DNA of 62,830 bases, the filler included, from an uncultured Synergistales bacterium (GTDB taxonomy: Bacteria; Synergistota; Synergistia; Synergistales; Aminobacteriaceae): assembly GCA_937897575.1 (NCBI GenBank). It is 7 parts of 7 records of this genome, joined end to end, with 100 filler letters (N's around TTAATTAATTAA, not from the genome) between each part and the next. Parts side by side here need not be neighbours in the genome. Positions count along the whole stretch, not along the records: positions 26,134 to 41,399 come from CALCQG010000042.1; positions 41,500 to 45,108 come from CALCQG010000044.1; positions 45,209 to 56,521 come from CALCQG010000045.1; 4 more parts are not named here. One strand, 5' to 3'. Positions within the stretch are counted from its first letter, which is position 1, and each line of letters starts with the position of its first letter. The notes under the pieces were generated by a model. That model saw only the letters and a program-made list of their open reading frames with translations, did not search any database and was not told the DNA's origin. Shown here piece after piece: positions 38,568 to 49,796 of this stretch. A program made the translations under genes and the position numbers.

Positions 38568-39392
38568 ATGGCCGTGGATATGCTCGTGCGCTCTGCCAAA
38601 GGGTACTATGGGGACGGGAGGGTCCGTCTCTTTTTCATGGAGGGCGACGGCCCGAAGGACGCCCCGCTTGTCGTGCTTCTGCACGGAGTGCACGCCTCGG
38701 CGTCGCCCGACCGGGAGAACAAGTACGGCTACCTGGGCCGCATGCTGGCAAGACAGGGCTTCGCGGCCTGCGTCACCGAATCGAGCAGGAGGCTCCGGGG
38801 CCGGACGGCTCTGAAGGACGAGTATGGGGCCTGGGCGCACTCCTCCTTCTCAGGGAAGACCTTCGCCATGGAGGTGCTCGACGCCTGCTCGGCCGTGGCG
38901 GCGGCCCACAGGGCATACCCGTCCAGGCCGGTGGTGCTCTGGGGCTTCTCCCTCGGCGGGCTGCTGTCCGTCTTTCTGGCAGGGCGAGGGGCGGGGCTGG
39001 CGCTCCCCGAGGGGGAGGACCGGGCTCCGGTCAGCGTCCCCATCGCGGGGCTCGTCCTCTCCGGGTGCGGCGATGCCCTCCGGCCCGAGCAGGAGGGGAG
39101 CCTGGCCCTGCCGATCCTGGACACCCTGTGGGCGACGGAGGCCCTCTACGAGGCCGCAGGCCGAGCCGCGCCGGAGTTTGTCCTCGTCTTCCACGGGACT
39201 CTGGACGAGACCTTCTCCGAGGAGTCGTCAAGACGGTTGCTGAACGGCGTGGGCATAGAAGCGGAGCGGAAGACGTTCTACCGGATCCCGGGGGCGAGCC
39301 ACCGTTTTCGGGAGCTGAACGGCCGCCCGTCCAAGGGGGCGCTCCGCGAGATGATCGCCGTCACCACGGCCACGCTGCGGAAATTCCTATGA
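38568..39392 (+). CDS. Alpha/beta hydrolase
   Basis: LLHG, nucleophile elbow GFSLGG, HGTLDE, GASH. Confidence 0.8.
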   Translation: MAVDMLVRSAKGYYGDGRVRLFFMEGDGPKDAPLVVLLHGVHASASPDRENKYGYLGRMLARQGFAACVTESSRRLRGRTALKDEYGAWAHSSFSGKTFAMEVLDACSAVAAAHRAYPSRPVVLWGFSLGGLLSVFLAGRGAGLALPEGEDRAPVSVPIAGLVLSGCGDALRPEQEGSLALPILDTLWATEALYEAAGRAAPEFVLVFHGTLDETFSEESSRRLLNGVGIEAERKTFYRIPGASHRFRELNGRPSKGALREMIAVTTATLRKFL

Positions 39393-40131
39393 AGGCGAGA
39401 ATCTGCGGCCCGGCCAGCAACGTGACCACGCTGCCGAGGGCGAGAAAGGGCACGAGAGGCAGGGCGTCCTTCCGTCGCACCTTGCCGAGGGCGATGAGCA
39501 GAAGGGCAACGACGCCCCCGATCATGAACCCGAGGTAGAGGGCCAGGATCGTCAGCTTCCACCCCAGCGCCGCGCCTGTTCCGGCCATGAGCGTCCCGTC
39601 GCCCCACCCCATGCCGCCGCGGGACAGGGCGATCAGGAGGGCGATGACGGCAAAGCCGAGGGCGACTCCGAGCAGGCCGTCCACCAAGGCACCCGTCCCC
39701 CCGAGGAGCCGCAGGAGCAGGGCGGCTGCGCCCGAGGCGAGGGGGACGACGTCGTGGACGCTTCGATCGTAGAGGTCCGTCAGGGACGAGAGAAAAAGGC
39801 CCGCACAGGCCGTCGCGGCCAGAAGGAGGGCCGGACTCGCCCCCCAGCGCCACGCGAGCAGGCCGCCGACGAGGGCGCCGGTCCCCTCGGTCAGGAGGCA
39901 GCTCCACCCGATGGGTGCCCCGCAGTATCGGCAGCGCCCGCCGAGGGCGATCCACGAGACGACGGGGACGAGGTCACGCCAGCGAAGGACCTGTCCGCAC
40001 GAGGAACACCTCGACCGCTCGGAACCCCACCACTGCCGGCCGACACAGCTCCGTTCGGCGACGACATTCAGAAAAGACCCCATCGCCGCGCCAAAACAGA
40101 CGCAGAACATCATCAGCACCCAACGCTCCAT
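39361..40131 (-). CDS. pilD: Prepilin peptidase (A24)
   Basis: GSFLNV, RSRCSSC...GRCRYC, GMGWGD, PLVPFL. Confidence 0.88.
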   Translation of the reverse strand: MERWVLMMFCVCFGAAMGSFLNVVAERSCVGRQWWGSERSRCSSCGQVLRWRDLVPVVSWIALGGRCRYCGAPIGWSCLLTEGTGALVGGLLAWRWGASPALLLAATACAGLFLSSLTDLYDRSVHDVVPLASGAAALLLRLLGGTGALVDGLLGVALGFAVIALLIALSRGGMGWGDGTLMAGTGAALGWKLTILALYLGFMIGGVVALLLIALGKVRRKDALPLVPFLALGSVVTLLAGPQILAFIGISAAWPW

Positions 40132-40256
40132 GAAGAAACCTCCCCGGGGCGTCCCGTCGCCCCGACCCTCTCTGTCCGCCGTTTATTATATAATGATCCT
40201 GCAACGCGACGATGCGGTTCCGGTGGAGCGGCGCGAATGCAGAAGGAGGGACAGGG

Positions 40257-40727
40257 ATGCTTAAAAAAGTACTTGTGGCGGTGGACACGAGCAAGATGGG
40301 GGACGAGGTGCTCGAGTACGGGTTCAACATCGCGTTCCAACTCGGGGCCGAGGTGACGTTCATCCACGTCCTGCCCGACCCCTCCCAGTGGATGGCCTAT
40401 GAACACAGGACCCTCTCCACGTCGGAGACCATGATGGACGAGATCAGGGAGAGCGCGCAGAAGAAGCTCAACTTCGCCATCAGGAAAAAGCTGGAGAGAA
40501 ACCCCGAGATGAAGAAAATGTCCTACGCCACGGTGGTCCAGCAGGGCAACGCGGGCGAGCGCATCATAAGCTACGCAAAGGAGCATGGATTCCCGCTGAT
40601 CGTCATCGGCCACAGGGGGCACAGCGCCATCGAGCGGCTCTTCGTGGGCAGTACCGTCACGAACGTGGTCCGGTACGCCGGTTGCTCCGTGCTGGTCTAT
40701 CGGCCCAACGAGGAGCAGGGTCGATAG
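40257..40727 (+). CDS. Universal stress protein
   Basis: KKVLVAVD, LIVIGHRG, GSTVTNVV, CSVLV. Confidence 0.92.
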   Translation: MLKKVLVAVDTSKMGDEVLEYGFNIAFQLGAEVTFIHVLPDPSQWMAYEHRTLSTSETMMDEIRESAQKKLNFAIRKKLERNPEMKKMSYATVVQQGNAGERIISYAKEHGFPLIVIGHRGHSAIERLFVGSTVTNVVRYAGCSVLVYRPNEEQGR

Positions 40728-40943
40728 GCGCGTCCGTCCAAGGCGCGTCGAACGGACGAGTCCTCTCACAACCCATGGAGGGGGTATCCCCTCCATTTTT
40801 TTCATATTTCTCTACGGCTGATGTGGCGAAAAAAGAAAATGTTCCACCGACCATCGGTGAATCGCTTCCCCGAATCGCCGGTTTTCTGTTAAGATAAAAT
40901 CTCCTTTGGGGAACGAGACTCAATCAGGAGGGGGACGGACGGA

Positions 40944-41354
40944 ATGAAACCAACAGTGGTCGATCACATCGGGATAGCGGTGAAGTCCATCGACGAGGCT
41001 CTGGCCTTCTGGCAGGACTCCCTCGGGATCCGGTGCACGGGCGTGGAGGACGTGGCGGAGCAGAAGGTCAAGACGGCCTTTCTTCCCGTGGGCGCGACGG
41101 AGGTGGAGCTCCTGGAGCCCACGTCCGAGGAGAGCCCCGTGGCGAAGTTCATAGAGAAGCGTGGCGAGGGGATCCACCACCTGGCCATCCGGGTTGAGAA
41201 CCTCGAGGCGGCCTTGGCCGAGATGAAGGCCAAGGGGATCCGCCTCATCGACGAAACGCCGAGATACGGCGCCGGCGGCGCGAAGATCGCCTTCGTCCAC
41301 CCCAAGTCAACCGGGGGGGTACTCCTGGAACTGAGCGAGCGCTCGGAGGAGTAG
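40944..41354 (+). CDS. mce: Methylmalonyl-CoA epimerase
   Basis: [35 protein letters not shown]. Confidence 0.93.
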   Translation: MKPTVVDHIGIAVKSIDEALAFWQDSLGIRCTGVEDVAEQKVKTAFLPVGATEVELLEPTSEESPVAKFIEKRGEGIHHLAIRVENLEAALAEMKAKGIRLIDETPRYGAGGAKIAFVHPKSTGGVLLELSERSEE

Positions 41355-41399
41355 CGATGTCCCATCGAAGCATCGAGGAGCTCTGCGAGGAGTTGTTGC

Positions 41400-41499
41400 N
41401 NNNNNNNNNNNNNNNNNNNNNNNNNNNNNNNNNNNNNNNNNNNTTAATTAATTAANNNNNNNNNNNNNNNNNNNNNNNNNNNNNNNNNNNNNNNNNNNN
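41400..41499. other. Assembly gap / contig linker
   Basis: N-run with TTAATTAATTAA. Confidence 0.98.
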
Positions 41500-42746
41500 G
41501 GACGGGGCGAAGGACAGCCCTGGGGAACAGCGTCTCGGTCCGATACTCGGGACAGGGACGAGCCGTTGTGGGAAAGCACACGCTCCGCCTCCCCGTCGCC
41601 CTGTCGGGCAAGAGCCCCGTCGCCTTCGACGGACGGCGCTACCGGGGGGAACTCCGCATCGTAGACGGCGGCGGCAGCCTTCGCCTGGTGAATGTCCTCG
41701 ACGTGGAGCAGTACCTTCGCGGGGTTCTCAAGATGGAGGCCAACCCGGCCTGGCCCATGGAGGCCCTCAAGGCCCAGGCCATCGTCTCCCGGACCTACGC
41801 CCTCCGGGCCGTGGAGCAGAACGCCGGCAAGGGAGGCCACGACCTGGGCAACACCGCTCTCTCCCAGGCCTATCGCGGCATGAACGCCGAGGACCCAAGG
41901 ACGGACGAGGCCATCGCGAAGACGAAGGGCATGGTGGTCCTCTACGGCGGTCAGCTCGCCCTGACGCCCTTCCACTCCGACAGCGGCGGGGGCACCGCCG
42001 AGGTCTCCACCGTGTGGGGCGGGTCCGTCCCCTATCTTAGGGCCGTCCGGGAGGACTTTCAGACCGAATCGCCCTACAGACAGTGGGAGGCCAGGGTGAG
42101 CCACGCCCAGGTCGAGCAGGCCCTGCGCCAGGCCGGCGTGGACATCGGACGCCTGCACAGCCTCGGCGTGGGCGACGTGGACTCCTTCGGGCGGGTGAAC
42201 TCCCTCGTCGCGACGGGAAGCCGGGGGAGCGCCACGGTGCGGAGCCATGCCTTCAGGATGGCCGTCGGCAGCGACGTCATCCGGAGCACGCGGTTCTCCA
42301 TCGATTCCCCGGGGACGGCGGGCAGGACGAACCCGCCCGTTCCGGCCCCCAGGCCGACGAAACCGCAGGCACCCAAGGCCCCCGCAAAGGGTGCGCCCGT
42401 CGCCACGGGGCCCATGACCCCCGACGAGGAGCGGCAGCTGACGGTCCTTACGGAGCAGGGGGCCTTCAACTCGGAGGAGCTCATGGACATGCTCCTCAAC
42501 CCCGGGAAGCGGAAGGGCTACCTCCAGCGAGCCCTGGGCAAGGGGACGCCGGCTCCCGCGACGCCCGTCCCCATCCTGCCGTCACCCTCCGCCGCGAGCG
42601 GATCGACCTATCTGTTCAAAGGAAGGGGCTGGGGGCACGGCGTCGGAATGTCCCAGTGGGGGGCGAAGGCGCTGGCCGATCAGGGGTGGCGCTGTGAACG
42701 GATCGTGCAGTTCTACTTCCCCGGGACCGCCCTCGGCAGACGATAG
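41500..42746 (+). CDS. SpoIID/LytB-domain protein, 5' truncated
   Basis: YRG, EQYLRGV, EALKAQAIVSRTY, GRGWGHGVGMSQWGA. Confidence 0.9.
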
Positions 42747-42756
42747 CGGACGGCCC

Positions 42757-43824
42757 ATGACCCCGAACCTGTTCGACCTCGAGGCATACGACTACGATCT
42801 GCCCGAGGAGCGGATCGCCCAGAACCCTGCGGACCCCAGGGATTCCTCCCGGCTCATGGTCCTGGACAGGCGGAGCGGGGCGGTGCAGCACGCCGTCTTC
42901 TCCGACCTGGGAGCCTTCCTCGCCCCGGGGGACCTGCTCGTCCTCAACGACACGAGGGTCATCCCCGCCCGGCTGCGCGGCGTAAAGCGCTCCGGCGGAC
43001 GGGCTGAAATTCTTCTTCTGAAGCGGACCGGAGGGAGCTGGCTGGAGTGGGAGGCGCTGCTCCGGCCAAGCGGCAAGATCCCGCCGGGCACGGAGGTCCT
43101 CCTCCCCGACGGCACGCCCCTCCGGGCGGGAGAGCGGCTCGGGGACGGGGTCCGGATCGTCCGGTTCCCCGCCGGGACCGACGTGCCGACCCTCCTCGCG
43201 AGCGTGGGGGAGACGCCCCTTCCGCCCTACATCACCCGGTCCACGGCGCCGAGCTCATCCTATCAGACGGTCTTCGCCAGAAGGGACGGCTCGTCGGCGG
43301 CGCCCACGGCGAGCCTTCACTTCACCGAAGAGCTGCTCGGGCGACTGACGGAGAAGGGGCTGCGGATAGGCTGGGTCACCCTGCACGTCGGCCTGGGAAC
43401 CTTTCGCCCCGTGAAGACGGGGGATATCCGTGCGCATCACATGCACGAGGAGCACTGCGTCCTCCCCGGGGAGACGCGGGATCTCGTCGCCGACACGAAA
43501 GGCCGGGGAGGGCGGGTCATTGCGGCGGGCACAACGGTGGCGAGGACCCTCGAATCCTTCGCCGCCACGGGCGCCCTGGAGGCGGGGGAGCGGGACACTG
43601 GGCTCTTCATCTACCCCGGGTACCGGTACAGGGTGGTCGACGGGCTCATCACAAACTTCCATCTCCCGAAGAGCTCGCTCCTGATGCTCGTCGCCGCCTT
43701 CGCCGGGTACGAGAACATCATGGAGGCCTACAGAGAGGCCGTGGCATCGCAGTACCGCTTCTTCTCCTTCGGCGACGCCATGTTCATCCGCTCGGAGCAC
43801 CCCACAGACGAGAAAGGAGCGTGA
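42757..43824 (+). CDS. queA: SAM:tRNA ribosyltransferase-isomerase
   Basis: [47 protein letters not shown]. Confidence 0.96.
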   Translation: MTPNLFDLEAYDYDLPEERIAQNPADPRDSSRLMVLDRRSGAVQHAVFSDLGAFLAPGDLLVLNDTRVIPARLRGVKRSGGRAEILLLKRTGGSWLEWEALLRPSGKIPPGTEVLLPDGTPLRAGERLGDGVRIVRFPAGTDVPTLLASVGETPLPPYITRSTAPSSSYQTVFARRDGSSAAPTASLHFTEELLGRLTEKGLRIGWVTLHVGLGTFRPVKTGDIRAHHMHEEHCVLPGETRDLVADTKGRGGRVIAAGTTVARTLESFAATGALEAGERDTGLFIYPGYRYRVVDGLITNFHLPKSSLLMLVAAFAGYENIMEAYREAVASQYRFFSFGDAMFIRSEHPTDEKGA

Positions 43825-43828
43825 CGCC

Positions 43829-45108
43829 ATGTGGCTATGGACCTGTTACACCCCTCATCCGCCGATCATCCTGCCCGAGATCGGGCGGGGCAGGGAGCGG
43901 GACGCCGGGAGCACCCTCTCGGGGATGGGACAGCTCAGAGCCTCCGTCGAGAGAAATATGCCGGACATCCTCCTGCTCCTCTCACCTCACGCCCCCTGCT
44001 CGCGGGGGCTGGCCCTCACCCTGGCGACGGAGTACGGGGGAGATTTCTCCGCCTTCGGCGTGCCCTGGCCGAGATTTTCCATCGCCGGAGCGGCGGAGCA
44101 GGGCGAACGCCTCGCCTCCTTCCTGTTCGACGAGCTCCCCGGGTCGGTCGCCCGAAGGACATCCGTCGCCCTGGACCACGGGAGCCTGGTCCCCCTCGTC
44201 TCCCTCCTCGGATGGACCCGCCGGGAGACCCCGGCCCTGATCGTCGCCAACCCCATCGGCCTGACCTCCTCCGAGGCCCTCGCCCTCGGGCGGCGGCTCG
44301 CCGGGTACGACCATCGGGCGACCTGGGGGCTCGTGGCAAGCGGCGACCTCTCCCACAAGGTGACGCCCGACGCCCCGAACGGCTACTCGCCCCTGGGCGC
44401 CGCCTTCGACGGGAAGGTCACCCGGGCCCTTGCCGGGAACGATCCGCAGCCCCTGCTCGAGATAAGCGACGACGAGATCGAGGAAGTGGGGCAGTGCGGG
44501 CTGAACTCCGTCCTGGCGGCACTGGGGCTCGGAGCGGGGCGGACCGGCCGGCTCATCTCCTACGAGGCCCCCTTCGGCGTGGGGTACGCCACGGCTTTCA
44601 CCCCCCTGCACGGCGGCCCGGAGCTCGCGAGGGCGTCCATAGCCGAGGCCCTCGGCGGTCCACCCGCGGAGGCGGCCCTCAAGGGACGCCCCGAGCTGGC
44701 GAAGCGGGCGGCGTGCTTCGTCTCCCTGAAAAAGCGCGGGGCGCTCAGGGGGTGCATCGGCACGATCCTCCCCAGGCACGAGTCTTTGGCCGAGGAGATA
44801 GAGCAGAATTCTGTGGCCGCCGCCACGCAGGACCCCCGCTTCCCGCCCGTCGGACTGGAGGAGCTCTCCGACATCGAGATCTCCGTGGACATCCTCTCCG
44901 AGCCCGAGGCGGTGACAGACTTGAGGGAACTGGACCCGAAGCGCTACGGCGTCATCGTGGAGCGGGGCGGTCGGCGGGGTGTCCTGCTTCCCGACCTCGA
45001 GGGCGTGGACTCCGTCGAGGAACAGCTCGCCATCGCGGCGCGGAAGGCGGGGCTCCCCGGCCCCGAGGGAAGTGCCATCCTCCGGTTCACGGTCCGGCGC
45101 ATCCGGGA
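43829..45108 (+). CDS. AmmeMemoRadiSam protein A (LigB/MEMO-like + AMMECR1 domain), end at gap
   Basis: [47 protein letters not shown]. Confidence 0.88.
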
Positions 45109-45208
45109 NNNNNNNNNNNNNNNNNNNNNNNNNNNNNNNNNNNNNNNNNNNNTTAATTAATTAANNNNNNNNNNNNNNNNNNNNNNNNNNNNNNNNNNNN
45201 NNNNNNNN
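45109..45208. other. Assembly gap / contig linker
   Basis: N-run with TTAATTAATTAA. Confidence 0.98.
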
Positions 45209-45585
45209 TCTTCTACCCCTACATCGAGAGGCACCTCACCGTCTTCCGCGTCACCCGCGGCAGGGGCGGCCGGCTGCGGATCCACCGGGAGGACGGGCTC
45301 TTCGAGAGCATCAGGAAGGTGCTGAAGCTGCAGAGCGTCCGGGTCATCAAGGTGGGCGGGGAGGAGAGCGAGGAGGTGGCCTTCGCAGAACAGCGGGCGG
45401 GGTCCGGCGGCAATACGGTCACTCTGGAGCCGGGCGTGGTGTGCATCTGGGACCGAAACGAGAAGACGATCAAGGCCCTGGAACTGGGCGGCATCCGGGT
45501 CGTGCCCATAGAGGCGGACGAGCTGGTGAAGGGCGGCGGCGGGCCGAGATGCTCCACCATGCCCCTGTGGCGCGAGGACCTGTAG
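45209..45585 (+). CDS. Arginine deiminase-family C-terminus
   Basis: NTVTLEPGVV..DRN, ELVKGGGGPRCSTMPLWR. Confidence 0.82.
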
Positions 45586-45711
45586 GGCGGCGCAGTCCTT
45601 CGCTCCACTGCCCACCGGGACAAGAAACGGGGAGAGATGGTCCTTCTCATCTCTCCCCGTTCTGCAGGGTTTCCTGAACTCTTTCCGAGGACCCTCCGCG
45701 ACCGGAGGGCG

Positions 45712-46035
45712 TCAGTCGGTCCGCACGGCGGTGCCGCAGGTAGTGACCATGAGCATGTTGTTGCCCGAGACGCCGATGACCTGATAGTTCACGAGCATCC
45801 CGACGATGGCCGACGCGCCCAGGGCCGTGGCCCGCTCCTCCATCTCCTTCAGCGCCGCGCCGCGGGCCTCCATGAGGGACTCCTCGTAGGCGCCCGAGCG
45901 CCCTCCGAAGAAGTTCGTCAGGCTGGCCTTCACGTCCTTGAAGATGTTGGCCCCCACGATGACCTCCCCGAAGACGATGCCCCGGTAGTCCGTGATGGTC
46001 TTCCCCTGGATCGTGTGCGTTGTGGTGATGATCAT
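45712..46035 (-). CDS. YbjQ/UPF0145 family protein
   Basis: MIITTT, GIVFGE, GGRSGAYE, GASAIVG, GTAV. Confidence 0.9.
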   Translation of the reverse strand: MIITTTHTIQGKTITDYRGIVFGEVIVGANIFKDVKASLTNFFGGRSGAYEESLMEARGAALKEMEERATALGASAIVGMLVNYQVIGVSGNNMLMVTTCGTAVRTD

Positions 46036-46039
46036 GCCA

Positions 46040-46810
46040 CTACCTCCCTTTGAATGATGGTGTTCGCTTCTCCAGGAACGCCGCAACCCCTTCGCGTCCG
46101 TCCTCCGACGCGGCCAGGGCGGCGAAGTGCTCCCCTCCCACGTCCACGGCGCGATCGAGGGGGAGCCCCTCCATGTGTGCGAATCCTCTCTTGCCGGCCC
46201 TGAGGGAGAGGGCGCTCTTCGTCATGAGCTTCCGCGCGAGGCTCATGGTACCCTCCTCGAGCCCTTCCCTCGGGTGGATCGCATAGACGAAGCCAAGCTC
46301 GAGCCCCTTCGCGGCGGGGATCATGTCGCCCGTGAGGACATACTGCAACGCCCGCTTCTCGCCGATCCACCGGGCGAGCTGGTACCCTGGCTCGAGGCAG
46401 ATGAGCCCCACGTTCACCGCCGTGGTGCCGAAGACGGCGTCCTCGGAGGCCACGATAAAGTCGCAGGCCAGGGCGAGCCCCGTCCCGTTGGCGAGGGCAT
46501 AGCCCTGCACCGAGGCGATGACGGGCTTCGTCATGGCCGCGAGGCGGTGGTTGTGGAGGTCCATGGTCGCCAGAAAATCCCGGATCTCGTGGCGCTCCTT
46601 GGAGAGGTACTCCTTCAGGTCGATGCCCGTGGAAAAGTTTTTGCCCGCCCCGCGCAGGACGACGACCTGGACGGATTCGTCGCGCTCCATGGACCGGAGC
46701 GTCTCGTCCAGCTCTCCGGCAAGGGCCGGAGAGAAGGTGTTCATGGCCTCGGGACGGTTGAGGGTGACAACGCCTATGCCGTCGGCGACGGACCCAAGCA
46801 CTGCGCTCAT
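46040..46810 (-). CDS. Enoyl-CoA hydratase/isomerase family
   Basis: LNRPEAMN, FSTGIDL, KPVIASVQGYA, DGREGVAAFLEKR. Confidence 0.9.
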   Translation of the reverse strand: MSAVLGSVADGIGVVTLNRPEAMNTFSPALAGELDETLRSMERDESVQVVVLRGAGKNFSTGIDLKEYLSKERHEIRDFLATMDLHNHRLAAMTKPVIASVQGYALANGTGLALACDFIVASEDAVFGTTAVNVGLICLEPGYQLARWIGEKRALQYVLTGDMIPAAKGLELGFVYAIHPREGLEEGTMSLARKLMTKSALSLRAGKRGFAHMEGLPLDRAVDVGGEHFAALAASEDGREGVAAFLEKRTPSFKGR

Positions 46811-46922
46811 GGTGTGCCTCCTCTGCCGATGAGATAATTTCGTCCAGTATAACACTCCGGAGCCACGGCAGAAAGAAAGAGGGGCCCTCCGAGGAGGGCC
46901 CCTCTTGGCGCAGTGCTGCTGT

Positions 46923-48365
46923 TTACTTGAGGGGGGCTACGGTGAAGGTGTCGAAGGCCGAACCGGTGGCGACGGTGGAATCGCCGTCGGCGCTCGCTCG
47001 GATGCCTCTGGCCTCCATCTTCTCCGGGGTCACGGACACCACCATGAAGGAGCGGTGCTGATTGTTCTCCACCACGGGCATGTTGCCGCTGAAGTGGATG
47101 GGGTCCTTCTCGTCGCGGTAGTTGTTCCCGATGGTGGCGGCCTCGATGTAATTGACTCCGTTGATGAGGTAGCGCTCGTAGACGTGGGAGTGCCCGAAGT
47201 TGACGCCGTTCACTCCGTGTCTCTCGTAGAGGGGGCGGAGGACGTTCCAGCAGTTGTCACCCAAGGGGTACACGACCTTCGTGGGGTTATCGGGGTTGGT
47301 CATGGGGCGGGACATGGGGATCCAGACCTCGGCGCCGCGGTTGAGCATATGCCAGTGCTGGACGACCCAGGTGTAGGCCGTTGTCTTGCCCTTCAGGTCC
47401 TCCTCGAGCCATCTGACCTGGGGGCTGCCGGGGTCGGTGTCGTCGAAGGCGATCCATCCGGGGAATTCGTACCCGTTCCAGGGGTGCCACCGGAAGACGG
47501 AGAGGGAGACGATGTGAAGGTCACCGTAGTCCGCCGAGTACCAGTGCTTGCCGTTCCGCTGGTACTGCTGCTCGGGGTAGAGGGGCCGGAAGAGCTGCAT
47601 GTAGATGGAGAGGGTCTTCTTCGCGGGGTCCTGGGCGAGCTCCTTGTCGGTCCATATCCTCTGGTCGTCGGCCTCGTGGTTGCCCGGGCAGGGGAAGATC
47701 GGCATGTGCTGCATGAGCTTTGCGCCGTCCGTCGTCTGCTGCATGGCGGTGAACCACTCTCTGCCCTTCTCCTCGGGCTTGATGAAACAGCCCGCCACGG
47801 GGAACCATTCGCCGGCCTTCCAGGGCGCGTTCTGGAAATCTCCGGCGTAGAGAATGAAATCGGCGTTCTGCCGGCCGGCCATGGCCACCGTCTCGAGAAT
47901 CTGCTGCTTCTGCTGGAGATCGGAGAGCAGGACGAAGGAGAAGGGCTTTCCGCTCTCCGGCGCCGTCCTGAAGGAGTAGGCCTTCCCCTGTGCGACCGTT
48001 CCGCCCGCCTTGACCACGGTGCGATAAAAATAGGTCGTCCCGGGCTTCAGGTCCTTGAGCGCGGCGATGCGCTGATACACCTTCAGCTCCGGGTTCTTCG
48101 CGGGGTCGTCGTCGTACCCCTCGGGCGCGGCCGACGTGCGGAGGCCCTTGATCTCGTAGAGAGCGGCGGGGGTCGTCGTTCCGAGGGCGTCGGACTACCC
48201 GAACTCCACCCACGCCTCGTCGCCCGGCTCTGCGAGAAGCCAGCAGACGTTCATCTCGCTCGAGGGGGAGAGGGAGAGCAGATAGGGTTCCGTATAGCTT
48301 TGAACGGCGGCCGCGGGGAGAGCCAGACACAGGACAAGAAGCACAGCCACAAGATATTTCCGCAT
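46923..48365 (-). pseudogene. Secreted FN3/purple-acid-phosphatase-like metallophosphoesterase with in-frame TAG at codon 57
   Basis: RBS AAGGAGG, signal peptide MRKYLVAVLL; TAG at 48195-48197 then same frame continues to SDLQ, AGD, GNHE, GHSHVYER. Confidence 0.75.
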
Positions 48366-48520
48366 GCATCATTCCTCCTTATGATGATATCGCTGCACTC
48401 ATCCTACGGAATGGATGTTGCGGATGTCTCCTTCAAGTGTTGCTCGTGCGTCTCAGGAGGGTAACGGGCGAGAGGGGCAGTACGACGGGTGCGTGATGGA
48501 CTTTGGGGTCAGTCGCCTCT

Positions 48521-49036
48521 CTAGAGGAGGGAGAGCTGACGGGTGCCCCTCTTTTCGTCGGGCGACCCCTTGTCCGGGGGGCGGGCGGCCTCCTCCCTGT
48601 CCTGTTTCGCCAGGACGGAGAAGGCCTTTGCTCGGAGCTTCAGGAGGGCGGAGCGGTCCCGTTCCGAGGAGGCCTCCGGGAGGAGGGCGTCGAGAAGCGC
48701 CACAGCCCGGCGGACCTTCTCCCCGGGTTGATCCGGGCCGACGGCGGCCTTGAGTTGCGCAAGGGCGGCGGGGTTTGCGAGGCCCTCGAGCGTGCTCTCC
48801 GTCTTTGGATTTTTCCGGGGCGTCCCCTGGGGCAGAAGGTCGGCGACGCGCAGGAGGAGATCCGTCACCGCACGCGTCCGTACCGGTCCCTCCATGTCCC
48901 CGAGGGTCCGCGTCATGGTCTCGACAGCGGCGAGCACCTCCCGAAGAAGGGCGTCCCTGCAGGGGCCGCACATGGCCCAGGCGGAGAGGGAGAGAAAGGG
49001 GCCGTTCTCTTTGCCGCAGGCGGGACAAGAGACCAT
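48521..49036 (-). CDS. Hypothetical Zn-ribbon protein ending in QLSLL
   Basis: RBS GAGGAGG; CPAC...CGPC; helical body; C-terminal QLSLL. Confidence 0.65.
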   Translation of the reverse strand: MVSCPACGKENGPFLSLSAWAMCGPCRDALLREVLAAVETMTRTLGDMEGPVRTRAVTDLLLRVADLLPQGTPRKNPKTESTLEGLANPAALAQLKAAVGPDQPGEKVRRAVALLDALLPEASSERDRSALLKLRAKAFSVLAKQDREEAARPPDKGSPDEKRGTRQLSLL

Positions 49037-49141
49037 GTCGGAGCACCTCCTCGTCATCATTGTATCAGAAGAGAGAAAAGAGACATATTTGTGCGAACGG
49101 CTCGCTGTGGGATAATGAACGAAAGAGAGGAGGCGGAAACG

Positions 49142-49636
49142 GTGATCGATTGGACGCAGGGATATTCCTACGAAAAGTACGTCGCCAAGGGGTACGGCGA
49201 GGAGCAGGATCGTCAGCGGCGGGTGGACGGGAGGACGATCTTCTCCGAGGCCTTTCTGTCCGCCGTGCGGGCGGTGGAGAAGCCCGTTCGCCTGATAGCC
49301 TTCGCCGAGGTGTACTGCCCCGACTCGGTGGTGGCCATGCCCTTCGTCAAGAAGATGGCGGAGCTCAACGACCGCATCCATCTGGCCATCCTCCCCAGAG
49401 AGCACCACGTGGAGGAGCTCGAGGCCGCCACGGGTGTGGCCCGCATCCCCACGTTCCTGTTTCTGGACGAGGAGGGGGTCGTGCGGGGCAAGTACGTGGA
49501 GCTGCCCGAAGAGCTGAGGCAGCGGATACGGGAGTCGGACAGCGAGGAGAGAAGCATGGTCGTCCTGGAGTACCGCAGGGGAAAGCATAACGCCCTGATC
49601 GAGAAGGACCTCATCGCCTGCCTCGCATCCTTTTGA
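49142..49636 (+). CDS. Thioredoxin-fold protein (CPDS)
   Basis: FAEVYCPDS, RIPTFLF; RBS GGAGG. Confidence 0.8.
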   Translation: MIDWTQGYSYEKYVAKGYGEEQDRQRRVDGRTIFSEAFLSAVRAVEKPVRLIAFAEVYCPDSVVAMPFVKKMAELNDRIHLAILPREHHVEELEAATGVARIPTFLFLDEEGVVRGKYVELPEELRQRIRESDSEERSMVVLEYRRGKHNALIEKDLIACLASF

Positions 49637-49796
49637 CGAGATGCGCGTCCTTCGTCGCCTGTGAGCGGCGGGGCGCGCCCTTGATCCCTCCGGCTTGCTG
49701 CGCAGGGGCGCCGCGAGGGTGCCTCTGCCTCGGGTCGACGCCGGTTCGGCCGCAGAGGGCTCCCCGAGGCCCCGACAAGAATGAAAGGCGTGATAG

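Noticed and set aside
41357..41399. Start of a gene after mce (MSHRSIEELCEELL), possibly a carboxyltransferase
   Set aside because: Only 14 codons before the gap; cannot be assigned.
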